DNA from: Fimbriimonadales bacterium
Lineage (GTDB): Bacteria; Armatimonadota; Fimbriimonadia; Fimbriimonadales; JABRVX01
Length of the DNA stretch: 42,580 bases
Direction: 5' to 3'
NCBI GenBank assembly: GCA_045862955.1
Contig: BTVI01000028.1
Span: 1 to 42,580 of the forward strand
The notes beneath the pieces were generated by a model. That model was not told where the DNA came from, ran no database searches, and worked only from the letters and a program-made list of their open reading frames with translations. The position numbers and the translations under genes are program-made. Positions 39,599 to 42,580 of the stretch are shown piece by piece (position 1 is the stretch's first letter; each line of letters opens with the position of its first letter).

Positions 39599-39658
39599 GA
39601 AGGCGCAGTGCAAGACAGTCCCCCGGGTCTCGCCCGGTGGGCAAAGGGGAGTTGGCGA

Positions 39659-40768
39659 ATGAGAGCGACCACGCTGGTCGGGGTGCTCATGGCAGCCGTG
39701 GCCTGTTCGGCGGCAGTTGACGTTGGCATCTTCGACGACACTCGCGTATGGAGCCCGGTGTACAACGTAGAGACGGGCGCCGCGATGACGGAGCTAAGGG
39801 CAATCTGGGAGGCCAGGGGGGCAGTCTGGCACCAGACGGATGTACTCAGCGAATCTTTCCTCTCCCAAGTCTCTGTCTTCTATACCAGCCAGATACTGCA
39901 GCAGAACCTGACCGCAGCGGAACAGACGGCAATCGTAAACTGGGTGAAGGCGGGCGGGACCCTGGTGGTCACCGCCGATTGTGGGTGACCCGGTAACCAA
40001 GCGGCATACAACAGTATGCTAAGCCAGTTCGGCTTGAACCTAATGGGAACCATCAGTTACGGGTATGGCGATATCCTCGCCCCGCACCGCATCACCCAGG
40101 GCCTGACCACTGTGTTCCTGGGCAAGAACGGCTACCTTACCACCCCGTCGAGTGCACTGCACCTAATAGACGACCCCCAGGGCAACATCGCGGCAGCCGT
40201 GATGGAGCGCACGCCGGAGACCGGCGCCGGTCGCCTGTTCGTCATCGGCGAGAACGACATGTTCACCGATACGTACCTGATGCTCTACCCAGAGGACCGG
40301 CTGCTGGCCGAGAACATCGCGTCGTGGGCACTGACGCAGAACCCCGTGTTGACCGGTGTGGTGAGCCTGCCGGGTTATCTCGGGGACACGGCGGGTATTC
40401 CCTTGACGGTGAGGTTGTACCAGAACGGCAGCCTCGTGGGGACGTACGCAACTGCGTTGACCTCCGGCGGGCACTACTCGGTGCAGGTGGGGAATCCGGG
40501 CACGTTCGACGTGGTGGCGAAGCCTTGGCGGTGGCTGGGGCAGCGTCAGTACGGCGTGCTGATCGCAGGGGACAGCGTGCTCGACTGGGCGATGGTGCGC
40601 AACGGCGACGTGAACGACGACAACGTGGTGGACATCATGGACCTGAACGAGACGCTGCTGCAGTTCGCCCGGACGGGGACTCAGACAGGGGACTTGGACG
40701 GCGATGGTCAGGTCGGGTTACCCGATCTCAACATCGTGCTGATCAACTTCGCGCGGACGGGAGATTAG
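39659..40768 (+). CDS. Secreted protein with a C-terminal dockerin-like repeat pair and one in-frame TGA at 39986-39988 (readthrough/selenocysteine candidate or nonsense allele)
   Basis: Signal peptide after a GGGGAG RBS. The frame continues ...VVTADCG*PGNQAAYNSMLSQFG... with no other stop until TAG 40768. C-terminus has GDVNDDNVVDIMDL and GDLDGDGQVGLPDL. Confidence 0.7.
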
Positions 40769-40928
40769 GCTCGGCTGGTTCGACGCGCCGACGCCAGCGG
40801 GGTCACCGGACCGTCGGGGTGTCGAGACCGATCGCGCATCAACGGGGCGCCCACCCTCTCGGTGATGCTCAGGTCCGGCGGGAGGCCCGCACTGTCGCCG
40901 TCCCGGCGATGTGTGCCATGCCTCGGCC

Positions 40929-42580
40929 CGTCATGCTGAGCTTGTCGAAGCATGCGAACGCAAGCCGCAAGCGTTGCATCGGAGGCCGCCATCACCCGGA
41001 CGGCGAGGGCACGGGTGTCCCGATTCATGCCCCGGCGCGGTCCTTGGGTTCGCTCGGCGCGCCCAGCGGGTGCAGGCCGGCGGACGCGGGCCGGGGCATG
41101 GAATGAAACGCCAACACCTAACACCCTACCCGTCACACCCCTACCCGTCATGCTGACCTACCCGTCATGCTGAGCCTGTCGAAGCATGCGAACGCAAGCC
41201 GCAAGCGTTGCATCGGAGGCCGCCATCACCCGGACGGCGAGGGCACGGGTGCCCCGCCTGTCGGGCTGCCGATACTACCATCCGGCAGGCGAGGGCATGC
41301 TTCGACAGGCTCAGCATGACGAAGCTCAGATGGAATCCCGGGGGCGTGGTCAGGCCCCGGCGCGGTCCTTGGGCTGGCGGTGCGCGTCCGGTAGGTGCAG
41401 CCCGGCGGACGCGGGCCGGGGCATGGAATGCGCGCGGCGAGGTCATGCTTCGACAGGCTCAGCATGACGAAGCTCAGCAGAACGGTCTTGGTTGCGACCG
41501 GTGGACGGCTTCCGATGGCATCGTTCGGGCTCGACACCTCGGAACGCCAACATCTAACACCCCTTTCCCGTCACACCGCCCGACCCGTCATAGGCCTACC
41601 CGCCACACCCATATCCGGCAGACCCCTACCCGCCACACCCCTACCCACCCGACCCCTACCCGTCATGCTGAGCCTGTCGAAGCATGCAACCGCAAGCCGC
41701 AAGCGTTGCATCGGAGGCCGCCATCACCCGGACAGCGAGGGCACGTTGGCACCGACACGGGTGTCCCGATTCATGCCCCGGCGCGGTCCTTGGGATGGTG
41801 GTGCGCGTCCGGTAGGCTCAGCCCGGCGGATGCGGGCCGCGGCATGGAGAACCCGCCACACCCCTACTCGTAATGCTGAGCTTATCGAAGCATGACGTCG
41901 CCACTGCGATTGGGGAGGGAAGGGCACACATGGCTCGGGGCGTCATGCTTCGACAAGCTCAGCATGACGAAGCTCAGATGGAATCCCGGGGGCGTGGTCA
42001 GGCCCCGGCGCGGTCCCTGGGCTCGCGGTGCGCGTCCGGTAGGCTCAGCCCGGCGGACGCGGGCCGCGGCATGGAGTGCGCGCGGCGAGGTCATGCTTCG
42101 ACAAGCTCAGCATGACGGGCTACCGATACTACCATCCGGCAGGCGAGGGCATGCTTCGACAGGCTCAGCATGACGAAGCTCAGATGGAATCCCGGGTCCG
42201 TGGTCAGGCCCCGGCGCGGTCCCTGGGCTGGCGGTGCGCGTCCGGTAGGCTCAGCCCGGCGGACGCGGGCCGCGGCATGGAGAACCCGCCACACCCCTAC
42301 CCACCCGACCCCTACCCGTCATGCTGAGCCTGTCGAAGCATGCGAACGCAAGCCGCAAGCGTTGCATCGGAGGCCGCCATCACCCGGACGGCGAGGGCAC
42401 GGGTGCCCCGCCTCTAGCGCGGCCGCGGACGTTCGGAACGCGCGGCGCGCGCGGCGGGTTGGCTCCGCCCGGGGGACGGGGGCCGCGGCCTGGAGAACCC
42501 GCCACACCCCCCCCCCCCCGCCCCCGCCCCGTCATGCTGAGCCTGTCGAAGCATGCGAACGCAAGCCGCAAGCGTTGCAT
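40929..42580. repeat. Mosaic REP-like array (right end, runs off the window)
   Basis: About 11 core copies in both orientations. Also GCCCCGGCGCGGTCC...GGACGCGGGCCG(G/C)GGCATGG modules, a GCAAGCCGCAAGCGTTGCATCGGAGGCCGCCATCACCCGGAC module and short CCCCTACCC tandem units. Confidence 0.93.

Noticed and set aside
39986..39988. Genome-wide UGA reassignment (genetic code 4 or 25)
   Set aside because: TGA terminates many clear genes here, including several ATGA overlaps, so any recoding must be site-specific.
42420..42530. Divergent repeat variant with a long C run
   Set aside because: It looks like a low-quality version of the neighbouring module near the sequence end and is probably base-calling or assembly error.

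Overview
High-GC bacterial chromosomal segment, mostly housekeeping and cell-envelope genes. It is probably from Armatimonadota (Fimbriimonadia-like); this is an inference from the 16S sequence and gene content and was not checked against a database. Gene order: trpA; a GT-C-like membrane protein; an efp operon (efp, Cys-rich membrane protein, BCCP-like protein without the biotinylated Lys, pilin-like protein); tig; a CZB-domain chemoreceptor; a secreted alpha/beta hydrolase; a stand-alone 16S rRNA gene with its own promoter, processing stem and terminator; a prepilin/H-X9-DG-type protein; pfkA; an ABC ATPase; a double redoxin; pth; rlmN. A diderm envelope cluster follows: LptC/LptA-like in one frame, lptB, a single LptF/G, DUF3084-like, YqgF-like and three SLH/beta-barrel paralogues. 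The window ends with metK, a PIG-L deacetylase, an ECF sigma/ZAS anti-sigma/RseB-like trio, a LolDE/MacB-like ABC pair, trxB and a secreted dockerin-like protein interrupted by one in-frame TGA. Mosaic arrays of a 27-bp palindromic REP-like element occupy both window ends and two convergent intergenic gaps. Best leads: the in-frame UGA in a C-G-UGA motif followed by hairpins, the Lys-less BCCP module, the LptC-LptA frame with an internal RBS and second signal peptide, the modular REP arrays and a structured leader on the middle SLH-porin gene.
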